From Candidatus Latescibacterota bacterium (lineage in GTDB: Bacteria > Latescibacterota > UBA2968 > UBA8231): a stretch of DNA of 64,000 nucleotides. Every line of letters starts with the position of its first letter. Position 1 is the stretch's first letter. The stretch spans positions 5,728,001-5,792,000 of the forward strand of contig CBDETY010000003.1 of the NCBI GenBank assembly GCA_965243025.1, read 5' to 3'. A program made the translations under genes and the position numbers. A model generated the notes under the pieces. It searched no databases and had not been told where the DNA came from. It saw only the letters and a list, made by a program, of their open reading frames with translations. Below are positions 9,776 through 17,795 of this stretch, piece by piece.

Positions 9776-12031
9776 CTAATCGGGAATGGCGATGATTTTC
9801 GAGGTCTCTTTCTGGAGTTCGACGAGGTCGCGGAAGGCTCCTTTTTCCGACATCAGCTCCGCGTGCGAGCCGATCTGGACGATGCGGCCCTCGTCGAGGA
9901 CGATGAGGCGGTCGGCATTGCGCAGGGTCGACAGCCGGTGGGCGATGGCGAAGGTGGTCCTCCCCTCGACCATGCGGCCGAGCGCGTCCTGGATCTGCTT
10001 TTCGGTGTCGACGTCGACCGAGGAGGTCGCCTCGTCGAGGATGAGTATGCGCGGGTTGTGGAGCATCGCCCTGGCGATCGCCACCCGCTGCTTCTCCCCG
10101 CCCGAGAGGTTGTTCCCCTGCTCCCCTACCTGGGTTTCGTACCCGTCCGCTTTGGCCATGATGAAGTTGTGGGCGTTGGCGAGCCGCGCCGCGCGCATGA
10201 TCTCCTCGAAATTCGCGTCGGGGTTGCCGTAGCCGATGTTCTCCCCGATGGTGCCGCTGAACAGCACCGGCTCCTGCAGGACGATGCCGATCTGCCGGCG
10301 CAGGTCGCGCAGGTTGATGTCGCGGATGTCGACGCCGTCGATCTCGATGGCGCCGTGGTCGACGTCGTAGAAACGGGCGATCAGGTTGATCGTCGTCGTC
10401 TTGCCCACCCCGGACTTGCCGACGAGGCCGATCATCTCCCCCGGTGCCACGTCGGCGTTGATCCCGTGGAGCACCGGCTTGCTCTTGTCGTAGCCGAAGG
10501 TCACGTCCCTGAAGGTCACGCGGCCCTCGATGTTCCTCATGCGCTTCGCCTTGGGATCCTGGTACGACTCCGGTTCCGTGTCGATGACCTCGAATACCCG
10601 TTCCGCCCCGGCGAAGGCGCTCGTCATCCAGGAGTTGACCTGTCCGAACCACTCGAGGGGTCCGTAGACCATCCACATGAAGGAGTAGAAGGCCAGCAAG
10701 GTGCCGAGCGTCATTTCGTCGGAGAGCACCTGCCTGCCGCCGAAGAGCCATACGATCAGCACCCCGAAGCCGGTCAGGAAGGTGATCGTCGCGTGGAACA
10801 CGGTGCGGTTGACGGAGGTCTTGATGCCTATCTCCGTCGCCCTGCGGTTGACCTTGCCGAAGGTGCCGCGCTCCCGTTCCTCCTGGGCGAACGCCTTGAC
10901 CACGCGGATGCCGTTGAGGGTTTCCGCGGTGCGGTCGGTGAGGGAGGACCAGACCATGCTGTACTGGGTGAAGAGCCGGCGCATGCGCTGCCAGAAGACC
11001 GCCCCCCAGATCATCAGCAGAGGTACCGGCAGCAGGGTATAGAGGGTCAGCTCCCAGCTCATCCACAGAAGAAAGCCGAGAATGCCGAGCATCATCATCG
11101 CATTGATGATCAGGTACGGCAGTCCGTCCACGAGGAACTCCTGCAGGCGCCCGGAGTCGCGCGTCACCCGGGCCATCAGGGCGCCGACGCGGCGCTTGTC
11201 GTAGAACTGGAGCGACAGCATCTCGAGCCTGCGGTAGAGCTGGCTGCGGATGTCCGCCGTCGCCTGGGCTCCAAGCCAGGCCACGATCCAGCCGTGAACC
11301 CACTCGGCAGCCCAGCTGCCGATGCGGATGCCGACGAGGGCGAGGACGAGAGCGCCGAGCAGGGCGAGGCGCTCGTCGACCGGCGCGGGATTCTCGCCGA
11401 CGGGAACCAGCACCTCGTCGACGAGACGCTTGGTGATCAGGGGCGGGGCGAGCTCCGCCCCGGTCGTCACCACCGAGGCGAGGGCCAGGGCGGCCGCCCG
11501 CCCCTTGTAGGGGGCCATGTAGGCGGCGATGCGCTTGATCGTCGACCACTTCCTCACACAGGCGGGGCAGAGGCCGTTCTTCTCCGGCAGCAGCAGTCCG
11601 CAACGGGAGCAGCGGGTGCGCTCCAGTTCGGGGTTGATCAGGAACGGCTCCCCCTTGCGCAGCTGCTCGAGGCCACGGGCCACCTCGGAGAACTTGGCGG
11701 CCTCGGTGCCGGAGTAGGGAACGGCCACGGTGGGCTCGCCGAAGCGCTCGATCTCCAGCCTCCCGCCTCCCACGAGGGGCTCGGTCCTCACCGAGCGCAT
11801 CCGCTCGACAGGGACGTCGACGGCGATGCCGTCGCCGGTGAGGACGACGGCCCGGTTGCCGGTGACCGCTACCCAGGTGTCGGCGTAGCCGCCGTCGGCG
11901 CCGAGGTCCCCCCGCACCCGTACAAGGACCTGCTCGCCTGCGGGCAGAATGGCATCCAGCCTGTCGGCCACGGACGGGTCCGCCGGCTCGATCAGACGGG
12001 GCGCATCGCTTTCATGGGAGGTCGAAACCAT
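9776..12031 (-). CDS. ABC exporter, fused TMD+NBD, with N-terminal extension and Cys4 zinc ribbon (paralog 1)
   Basis: GKSGVGKT, LSGGEKQR, ILILDEATSS, AHRLST; RCSRCGLLLPEKNGLCPAC. ATG 12031 chosen over GTG 12046. Confidence 0.92.
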   Translation of the reverse strand: MVSTSHESDAPRLIEPADPSVADRLDAILPAGEQVLVRVRGDLGADGGYADTWVAVTGNRAVVLTGDGIAVDVPVERMRSVRTEPLVGGGRLEIERFGEPTVAVPYSGTEAAKFSEVARGLEQLRKGEPFLINPELERTRCSRCGLLLPEKNGLCPACVRKWSTIKRIAAYMAPYKGRAAALALASVVTTGAELAPPLITKRLVDEVLVPVGENPAPVDERLALLGALVLALVGIRIGSWAAEWVHGWIVAWLGAQATADIRSQLYRRLEMLSLQFYDKRRVGALMARVTRDSGRLQEFLVDGLPYLIINAMMMLGILGFLLWMSWELTLYTLLPVPLLMIWGAVFWQRMRRLFTQYSMVWSSLTDRTAETLNGIRVVKAFAQEERERGTFGKVNRRATEIGIKTSVNRTVFHATITFLTGFGVLIVWLFGGRQVLSDEMTLGTLLAFYSFMWMVYGPLEWFGQVNSWMTSAFAGAERVFEVIDTEPESYQDPKAKRMRNIEGRVTFRDVTFGYDKSKPVLHGINADVAPGEMIGLVGKSGVGKTTTINLIARFYDVDHGAIEIDGVDIRDINLRDLRRQIGIVLQEPVLFSGTIGENIGYGNPDANFEEIMRAARLANAHNFIMAKADGYETQVGEQGNNLSGGEKQRVAIARAMLHNPRILILDEATSSVDVDTEKQIQDALGRMVEGRTTFAIAHRLSTLRNADRLIVLDEGRIVQIGSHAELMSEKGAFRDLVELQKETSKIIAIPD

Positions 12032-12034
12032 CGG

Positions 12035-12068
12035 AGGTGATCGCACCTATTAGGTGATCGCACCTATT
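12035..12068. repeat. Exact 17-bp tandem duplication of a palindrome (AGGTGATCGCACCTATT x2); possible operator
   Basis: Copies at 12035-12051 and 12052-12068, each with AGGTG/CACCT arms, starting 4 bp upstream of the ABC start codon. Confidence 0.85.
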
Positions 12069-12307
12069 AAATGTATAGGTTCCAAGGTGTCCCTGACGGT
12101 TCGTGCGCCCTGCGGAACAGCTGCCGGAGACTGGCGCGCAAAGTATCCGGAATAGTCGTGTTTGCGGTCACCTGGAGCGGCCGTCCGGACATGGCTGTGC
12201 CTCAGTTCACTCGGCGGCATGCCCGAGACCGGTCATACCGAACGGAGCACGGGTCCGCTCTGCCGCCTGATCGAAGGCGAGGGCCCGACCGCTCCGGCCG
12301 GCGGCGG

Positions 12308-12490
12308 CTAGCCGCCGGATCTGCTGGATTTTCTCCGCCGGCGCTGGCGGGCGAATGGAGTCTCGATGCCGTACTGGCGGCAGAGACGACCGAAAGTACC
12401 CCCTGCGATTCCCAGCGCCTTGCATGCATCCTGGTTGCTGGCGTATACGCGGGCGGCCCTTTCGATCCACTCCCTGGGTATTTTCTGCAT
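12308..12490 (-). CDS. 60-aa basic helix-turn-helix-like (Fis-type) microprotein
   Basis: Good RBS (GGAGAGGAAGAG-ATG); NQDACKALGIAGGTFGRLCRQYGI resembles Fis-type AARALGISRxTLxRxLxxYGI; Arg-rich tail. Confidence 0.7.
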   Translation of the reverse strand: MQKIPREWIERAARVYASNQDACKALGIAGGTFGRLCRQYGIETPFARQRRRRKSSRSGG

Positions 12491-12556
12491 CTCTTCCTCT
12501 CCGAAATGCTGTGTGCTCGACTGCTGTTTCAGTGCGTTGCAGATTCCGTGCCGGCC

Positions 12557-12667
12557 AAAAAAAACCGGCTGCGTTTCTCTGAATCTGGTCTTTCAGAGGC
12601 CCGCAGCCGGCAAAAAAAAACCGGCTGCGTTTCTCTGAATCTGGTCTTTCAGAGGCCCGCAGCCGGC
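12557..12667 (-). terminator. Two identical 56-bp tandem intrinsic terminators
   Basis: Unit CCGGCTGCG..CTCTGAA..TTCAGAG..CGCAGCCGG forms a hairpin followed by T8-T9 on the minus strand; copies start at 12565 and 12621. Confidence 0.85.
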
Positions 12668-12700
12668 AAAAAAAAACCGTAGGGATGTGATCCCTACGGT
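12668..12700 (-). terminator. Intrinsic terminator downstream of the 147-aa ORF
   Basis: Perfect 11-bp stem ACCGTAGGGAT-cac-ATCCCTACGGT running into a T9 tract on the minus strand. Confidence 0.85.
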
Positions 12701-12728
12701 ATGAGAAGCTCTTGGTTTTTCTGCTTTC

Positions 12729-13172
12729 TCAACCTCCGGGATCCTCGCCAGCTGCAGGGCTGGTTGCGAACTTGGAGACCATGGCGTTTTCGATCAGATG
12801 GGCCCGATCGGTAAGGGATGCCACCGCGGGGGAACAGCCTGTGACGGAGCCCCCGAAGCCGGCCTTCGGATTGTCGATCATCCGTATGTCATCCGAGCCG
12901 ACTTTCCCGCGCCCGATCTGGAATCCCCTGTCCATCAATTCGACTCCCACCACCGATCGGCACATTCCCCTGGGGAATCTGACGGCGTCCCGCACCGTTA
13001 AGCCGGGCGCGACGGCCCTGGCCATGGCCCGGTCAGGGCACGCGAACCCGGACATATCCACCATCTCCCGCGCGCAGAACAGGAAGGGGCTGGCTCCGAA
13101 CCGGTCGAACGGACCGTACCGGGCCGCAGGGGGGAATTCGCCCTTTCTCGTCCTGCCGATGTGTGGAATCAT
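12729..13172 (-). CDS. Orphan 147-aa ORF ending ...AGEDPGG; possible leader peptide
   Basis: Mostly G/C-ending codons in this frame; lies between a promoter and a terminator; no recognisable domain; weak RBS. Confidence 0.45.
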   Translation of the reverse strand: MIPHIGRTRKGEFPPAARYGPFDRFGASPFLFCAREMVDMSGFACPDRAMARAVAPGLTVRDAVRFPRGMCRSVVGVELMDRGFQIGRGKVGSDDIRMIDNPKAGFGGSVTGCSPAVASLTDRAHLIENAMVSKFATSPAAGEDPGG

Positions 13173-13274
13173 TTCATCGTCCGGTTTCAGGTGGTTCAGC
13201 AGCGGGCATTCGCGGTGCCCGCTGCCGTGGGTTTTCAGGGCGGGTGATCACTCACTCTTCCCTGATCGATTTAA

Positions 13275-13304
13275 AACTTACCCGGTGCATTTTTACAATG
13301 TCAA
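13275..13304 (-). promoter_or_regulatory. Sigma70-type promoter
   Basis: TTGACA-18 bp-TAAGTT on the minus strand in an AT-rich patch. Confidence 0.55.
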
Positions 13305-13383
13305 GTAGAAAAATACGGGACGATGCCGGACAGGCAATTTGCGTTTCCAGTTCGGCTGCCGTCCTCTATATTCCGCTGTGATC

Positions 13384-14226
13384 ATGACGCTTTCGCCACC
13401 TCCCAGAGACCGGTCCGGAATGTCCCCAGGCGAGTCGGAAGAGCAGTGCCCGGACAGCATCTCCCGGCACAACGAGAAGCTTGCCGGAATTTGGCGGGAA
13501 ACCGACTTCGAAGCGATGTCCGCCGAGTCCATTCTCACCTGGGCGAGCTCGGCGTTCGCACCGGGCCGCGCGGTGCTCAGCACGAGCTTTCAGTACTCCG
13601 GCGTGGCGATGATCCACATGCTGCGGCAGCTCGGGCTGGAGATCCGGATCGCCACTGTCGACACCTTGCGGTTACACCCGGAGACCTACGCCTACATCCG
13701 CGAGCTGGAGCAGCACTACGGCATCGAGATCGAGGTGCAGCGGCCCGATCCGGAGCAGGTGCGCAGCATGGTGGACCGCTTCGGCGAGTACCTGTTCTTC
13801 GATTCGAAGGCGAAGCAGGAGTACTGCTGCCAGGTGCGCAAGCTGAGGCCGCACGACGAGCTGCTGAAGACGGTCGATTGCTGGATTTCGGGAGTGCGCC
13901 GCGACCAGTCGGCGGTGCGCGAAAAGAACACGCCGAAGGCGACGACGGTTGCCGAGTACGGATCGCGGCGGCACATCTTCAAGCTCAACCCGATGGGCGA
14001 CTGGACCGAGGAACGCGTCCGCGGATACGTCGCTGAAAACCAGGTCCCGGTCCACCCGCTGTACGCCGAGGGGTACCGCAGCATCGGATGCATCATCTGC
14101 GCGACCCCGACGTTGCCGGGGGAGGATCAGCGCGCCGGCCGCTGGCGCTGGTTCAACGGCGACGAGACCATCGGCGAAGAGGAGCTGAAGGAGTGCGGCC
14201 TGCACGTGCCGATGTACAACATCTGA
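13384..14226 (+). CDS. cysH: APS/PAPS reductase (Fe-S, APS-type)
   Basis: STSF, DTLRLHPETY, CC..RK, SIGCIIC, RAGRW, KECGLH. Start uncertain. Confidence 0.88.
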   Translation: MTLSPPPRDRSGMSPGESEEQCPDSISRHNEKLAGIWRETDFEAMSAESILTWASSAFAPGRAVLSTSFQYSGVAMIHMLRQLGLEIRIATVDTLRLHPETYAYIRELEQHYGIEIEVQRPDPEQVRSMVDRFGEYLFFDSKAKQEYCCQVRKLRPHDELLKTVDCWISGVRRDQSAVREKNTPKATTVAEYGSRRHIFKLNPMGDWTEERVRGYVAENQVPVHPLYAEGYRSIGCIICATPTLPGEDQRAGRWRWFNGDETIGEEELKECGLHVPMYNI

Positions 14227-14241
14227 CCCGGGCCGGGTTGC

Positions 14242-15621
14242 TCATTCCCGGATTGCGGCAACCGCTTCCTTGAACTTCGCCCCACGCTCCGCGTAGCTCG
14301 CGAACATTCCGAAGCTCGCACATGCCGGTGACAGCAGCACGACGTCCCCGGGCGCGGCGCGCTGCTCCGCCGCGGCCACCGCCTCGGCAAGCCCCTTGCA
14401 GCCGGGCACGATTTCTCCTGCAAAACCGCAAGCCCGCACGGCTTCGCCGAGCCGTTGTCCCTCCGCGCCCGCCAACAGAATCAGAGCCTTGACCCCGCGA
14501 TCGGCGATGCCTCTGGCGAGTGCGGTGAAATCCGCTCCCTTGGAGGATCCCCCGGCGATCAGCAGCACCGGTTCGTCGAAGGAAGCGACCGCCGCCAGGG
14601 CCGCCTCCGGAGTGGTGGCCAGGGAGTCGTTGCAGAAGGCGACCCCGTTTCGGGTGGCCACGTGCTCGAGGCGGTGTTCCAGACCGGGGAAGGATCGCAG
14701 GCGCGGTGCAAGCCTGCCGGCCGGGGCGCCGACGGCGACAGCGGCCGCCGCGGCTGCCAGTGCGTTGGCGACATTGTGCCGTCCCCGGAGCTTGAGATCG
14801 GAGGCGTGGCAGAGGGGGACCGCTTCGGCGTCGAAGGGGCGCGCCCAGAGCCGCCCTCCCTCGAGGAAAGCTCCTGCTTCGACCGGCCGGCTCATGCTGA
14901 ACTCCATGGGACGGGCCGGTGAATCCTCGGCGAAGCGGGACGCGGTGCCGCAGTCGGCGTCGACGATGAGGGTGTCATCTGCCGACTGGTACCTGCAGAT
15001 TGATTTCTTGGCTTTCACGTACTCGTCGAGGTCGGCGTGGTAGTCGAGGTGATCGGGCGTAATGTTCAAAACGACCGAAACAGCCGGGCTGCGGTCGAGA
15101 TCCTGCAGCTGGAAGCTGGAGAGCTCGAGAATGACGAGGTCGGACGCCGAGATATCGTCGAGAAAATCCACCGGGGGTGTTCCCATGTTGCCCCCGAGCC
15201 AGACCTGCCCGTAGGGGCCGTCGCGAAGCATCTCGAAGAGCAGCGAACAGGTGGTCCCCTTCCCCTTGGTGCCGGTGATGCCGACGACCGCCGCCGGACA
15301 GCGCTCGAGAAACAGACGAGTCTGGCTGTGGAGCGAAGCTCCCGCCTCCCGGGCCCGGACCAGGGCCGGGTTCAGGGGGCTGATTCCCGGAGTGCGGAAG
15401 AGGAGGTCGAACTCGTCCAGCCCGTCCAGGTAGTCGGGGCCAAGGTGCCAGCTCCGGGTGAGGTGAACCCACTCCGAGGCGTCGGGCAGCTCTTCTTCGG
15501 TCCTTGCGTCGCAGACGGAGAATCCGATTCCGCGTTCCGCCAGGTAGCGGCCGACGCTGCGATTCTCCACCCCCATGCCCAGGAGCGCGATCCGCTTTTC
15601 TTCAAGCTCTTTGTCGTTCAT
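14242..15621 (-). CDS. murD: UDP-N-acetylmuramoyl-L-alanine--D-glutamate ligase
   Basis: GITGTKGKGTT, GGNMG, ELSSFQL, NITPDHLDYH, HRLE, NDSLAT, LLSPACASF. Confidence 0.95.
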   Translation of the reverse strand: MNDKELEEKRIALLGMGVENRSVGRYLAERGIGFSVCDARTEEELPDASEWVHLTRSWHLGPDYLDGLDEFDLLFRTPGISPLNPALVRAREAGASLHSQTRLFLERCPAAVVGITGTKGKGTTCSLLFEMLRDGPYGQVWLGGNMGTPPVDFLDDISASDLVILELSSFQLQDLDRSPAVSVVLNITPDHLDYHADLDEYVKAKKSICRYQSADDTLIVDADCGTASRFAEDSPARPMEFSMSRPVEAGAFLEGGRLWARPFDAEAVPLCHASDLKLRGRHNVANALAAAAAAVAVGAPAGRLAPRLRSFPGLEHRLEHVATRNGVAFCNDSLATTPEAALAAVASFDEPVLLIAGGSSKGADFTALARGIADRGVKALILLAGAEGQRLGEAVRACGFAGEIVPGCKGLAEAVAAAEQRAAPGDVVLLSPACASFGMFASYAERGAKFKEAVAAIRE

Positions 15622-15717
15622 TAGGACTACGAAATTCCACAGAGGAACAGGACCGGGTCGCCGGGGTAGGCGGACTCCTTATCCGGGAATTGTCGACAGG
15701 CAGAATGCAGGTCTTTT

Positions 15718-15746
15718 TTGCCGGGTTCCCAAAATTCGGATATAAT
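15718..15746 (+). promoter_or_regulatory. Sigma70-type promoter for the GT2 gene
   Basis: TTGCCG-17 bp-TATAAT. Confidence 0.6.
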
Positions 15747-15826
15747 CACGCGGCATTCGAGGCGGACCTGTTCCCTTCCCATAGAAAATTCCATCGGCAC
15801 GTCGCGGAATTCCCACTGCTCGGCGC

Positions 15827-16780
15827 ATGAAGTTGATCGTTCAGATCCCCTGTCTCAACGAGGAGGCGACCCTTCCGGCCACCATCGCAGACATACCCCG
15901 GGAGATCGACGGCATCGACGAGGTGGAGATTCTGGTCATCGACGACGGTTCCACCGACCGCACGGCCGAGGTGGCGCGGGAGTCCGGGGCCGACCACGTC
16001 GTGCAGTTTCCGAAAAACCGCGGGTTGGGTCACGCCTTCAAGGCAGGCTTCGACAGCTGTCTGAAACTGGGCGCCGACATCATCATCAACACCGACGGCG
16101 ACAACCAGTACTACGGCGGAGACGTCCGCGAACTGGTGCAGCCGATTCTCGCTGGAGAAGCCGAGGTAGTCATCGGCGACAGGCGCACCGTCGGCATCGC
16201 CCACTTCGGTTTCACGAAGCGCTGCCTGCAGAAGTTCGGAAGCCACGTGATCAGCCGCCTGGCGCGCCTTCGAGTTCCGGACGTCGCCAGCGGATTCCGC
16301 GCCTACAGCCGCGCCGCCGCACTGCAGCTGACGACATTCACCGATTTCGACCACACCGCCGAACACGTGGTCGAGTGGGGCCAGACCCGCATGCCGGTGG
16401 TCAGCGTCCCGATCCGGACCAACCCCAAGGCCCGGGAGTCCCGGCTGTTCTCCAACGTCGGGGAGTTCGTCGTCAAGTCGGCGTTGATCAGCCTGCGCAC
16501 GTACACCCGCTACAAGGCCCTGAAGATCTTCGCCGCATTCGGGTTCGGTACCTTTCTGGTCGGATTCCTTCTCGGGTTGCGGTTTCTCTACTTCTTCCTG
16601 TTTACCGACGAGGGCACCCTGCACGTGCAGTCCCTGATTCTCGCCGCGGTTCTGCTGCTGGCCGGGTTTCAGATGTTTCTGACCGGGGTGGTAGCCGATC
16701 TCATCGCGACCAACAGGGCCATGCTCGAGGACGCCCTGAGCCGAATCAAGCGGCTGGAGTTGAGGAAGAAGCGGGAGTGA
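15827..16780 (+). CDS. Glycosyltransferase family 2 with two C-terminal TM helices
   Basis: IPCLNE, IDDGSTD, TDGDNQY, DVASGFRAY. Confidence 0.9.
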   Translation: MKLIVQIPCLNEEATLPATIADIPREIDGIDEVEILVIDDGSTDRTAEVARESGADHVVQFPKNRGLGHAFKAGFDSCLKLGADIIINTDGDNQYYGGDVRELVQPILAGEAEVVIGDRRTVGIAHFGFTKRCLQKFGSHVISRLARLRVPDVASGFRAYSRAAALQLTTFTDFDHTAEHVVEWGQTRMPVVSVPIRTNPKARESRLFSNVGEFVVKSALISLRTYTRYKALKIFAAFGFGTFLVGFLLGLRFLYFFLFTDEGTLHVQSLILAAVLLLAGFQMFLTGVVADLIATNRAMLEDALSRIKRLELRKKRE

Positions 16781-17717
16781 GGATCCGGGGCGGGGCGGAG
16801 TAGAGGGCTTTCCAGCTTCCGTCGCGGGGGTGGGGGAAGCCGATTTTCATGGCATGCAGGTGGTAGCCGCAGTCTCCAGGCAGGGGTGGGCGCTCTCCGG
16901 TCCACGTTGCTCTCGGCAAGCCCCCGGCATCGAAGAATGGCTCCCCGACCAGGGGAAACCCGGCCGCGGCCATGTGAATTCTGATCTGGTGCGGGCGGCC
17001 TGTCGGAATCTTCACCTCCACGAGAGCCTTCCGTTCTCCCTGCTCGTGGCGGCGTTCCACAACGCGAACCAGTGTCAGCGACTCCTTGCCTTCCGGGCGG
17101 GCGGCAAAGACCTCCCCGAGCGGCGCGTACGGTACGGGCCCGATGGCCGTGTCCACGGAAAATTCGTCCAGCGGAGGGTGTCCCTGCACCAAGGCCCGGT
17201 ACGTTTTCTGAAGACGGCCGCGGCGGAATTCCAGCGCCAACCCTCTCTTCGAAAGAGCGGTCCGGGCGAACAGGACCAGCCCGGACGTTCCGCGGCCGAT
17301 GCGGTGAACGGGTGCGATTTCGCCGCCGAACCGGGGCCGCAGCAACCAGAGCAAGGTGTTTTCGAGAAATTCGCCGCCCGGCATCACCTGCAGGCCGGCC
17401 GGCTTCGAGACCGCAACGAGGTCCGCGTCCTTCCAGACCAGCGCGAAATAGCGAGGGGAAGCGGGCTCGCGCCATGGCGGCCGGTGGTAGGACAACACCT
17501 GGCCATCCCTCAGTTTCGCGTCGCAACGGGTCGGACGTTCATCGAGCAGAACGGTCCCCGATTCGATGCGTTCTCGCCATTCCGCGCGGTTGGAGTGAGT
17601 GTAGCGCCGGGTGTAGAAATCGAGCACGGACTGTCCGGCTTCCGGGCAGGCAATCCGGTCGCGGTAGACCCACCCCTGGTTGAGGCGGCCGGTGCAGCTG
17701 CAAGGGGACGACGGCAT
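16746..17717 (-). CDS. RluA-family RNA pseudouridine synthase
   Basis: KPAGL, HRIGRGTSG (the usual catalytic Asp of HRLD is Gly), TGRPHQIRIHMA, LHA. Start uncertain. Confidence 0.85.
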   Translation of the reverse strand: MPSSPCSCTGRLNQGWVYRDRIACPEAGQSVLDFYTRRYTHSNRAEWRERIESGTVLLDERPTRCDAKLRDGQVLSYHRPPWREPASPRYFALVWKDADLVAVSKPAGLQVMPGGEFLENTLLWLLRPRFGGEIAPVHRIGRGTSGLVLFARTALSKRGLALEFRRGRLQKTYRALVQGHPPLDEFSVDTAIGPVPYAPLGEVFAARPEGKESLTLVRVVERRHEQGERKALVEVKIPTGRPHQIRIHMAAAGFPLVGEPFFDAGGLPRATWTGERPPLPGDCGYHLHAMKIGFPHPRDGSWKALYSAPPRILTPASSSTPAA

Positions 17718-17720
17718 AGG

Positions 17721-17775
17721 TTGCCTTGGCGCTGATGAAATCCTATAATTATTCGCGGAAATAAATAATTATTAC
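17721..17775 (+). promoter_or_regulatory. argC promoter with overlapping tandem ARG-box-like sites
   Basis: TTGCCT-17 bp-TATAAT; CCTATAATTATTCG (17742) and TAAATAATTATTAC (17762) resemble TGAATAATTATTCA, 20 bp apart. Confidence 0.55.
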
Positions 17776-17795
17776 TTCACAGTTTCTGATCGGGC

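Noticed and set aside
7518-12040. Very long ORFs 7625-12040 (+, 1471 aa) and 7518-11603 (-, 1361 aa)
   Set aside because: Antisense and off-frame shadows of the two high-GC ABC genes; no domain motifs.
12551-12700. 56-bp repeat as a CRISPR array
   Set aside because: No unique spacers, only two copies, terminator-like shape, no cas genes.
12071-13308. + strand ORFs 12071-12682 and 12712-13308
   Set aside because: They run antisense through the HTH gene, terminators and leader; promoter and terminator polarity favour the minus strand.
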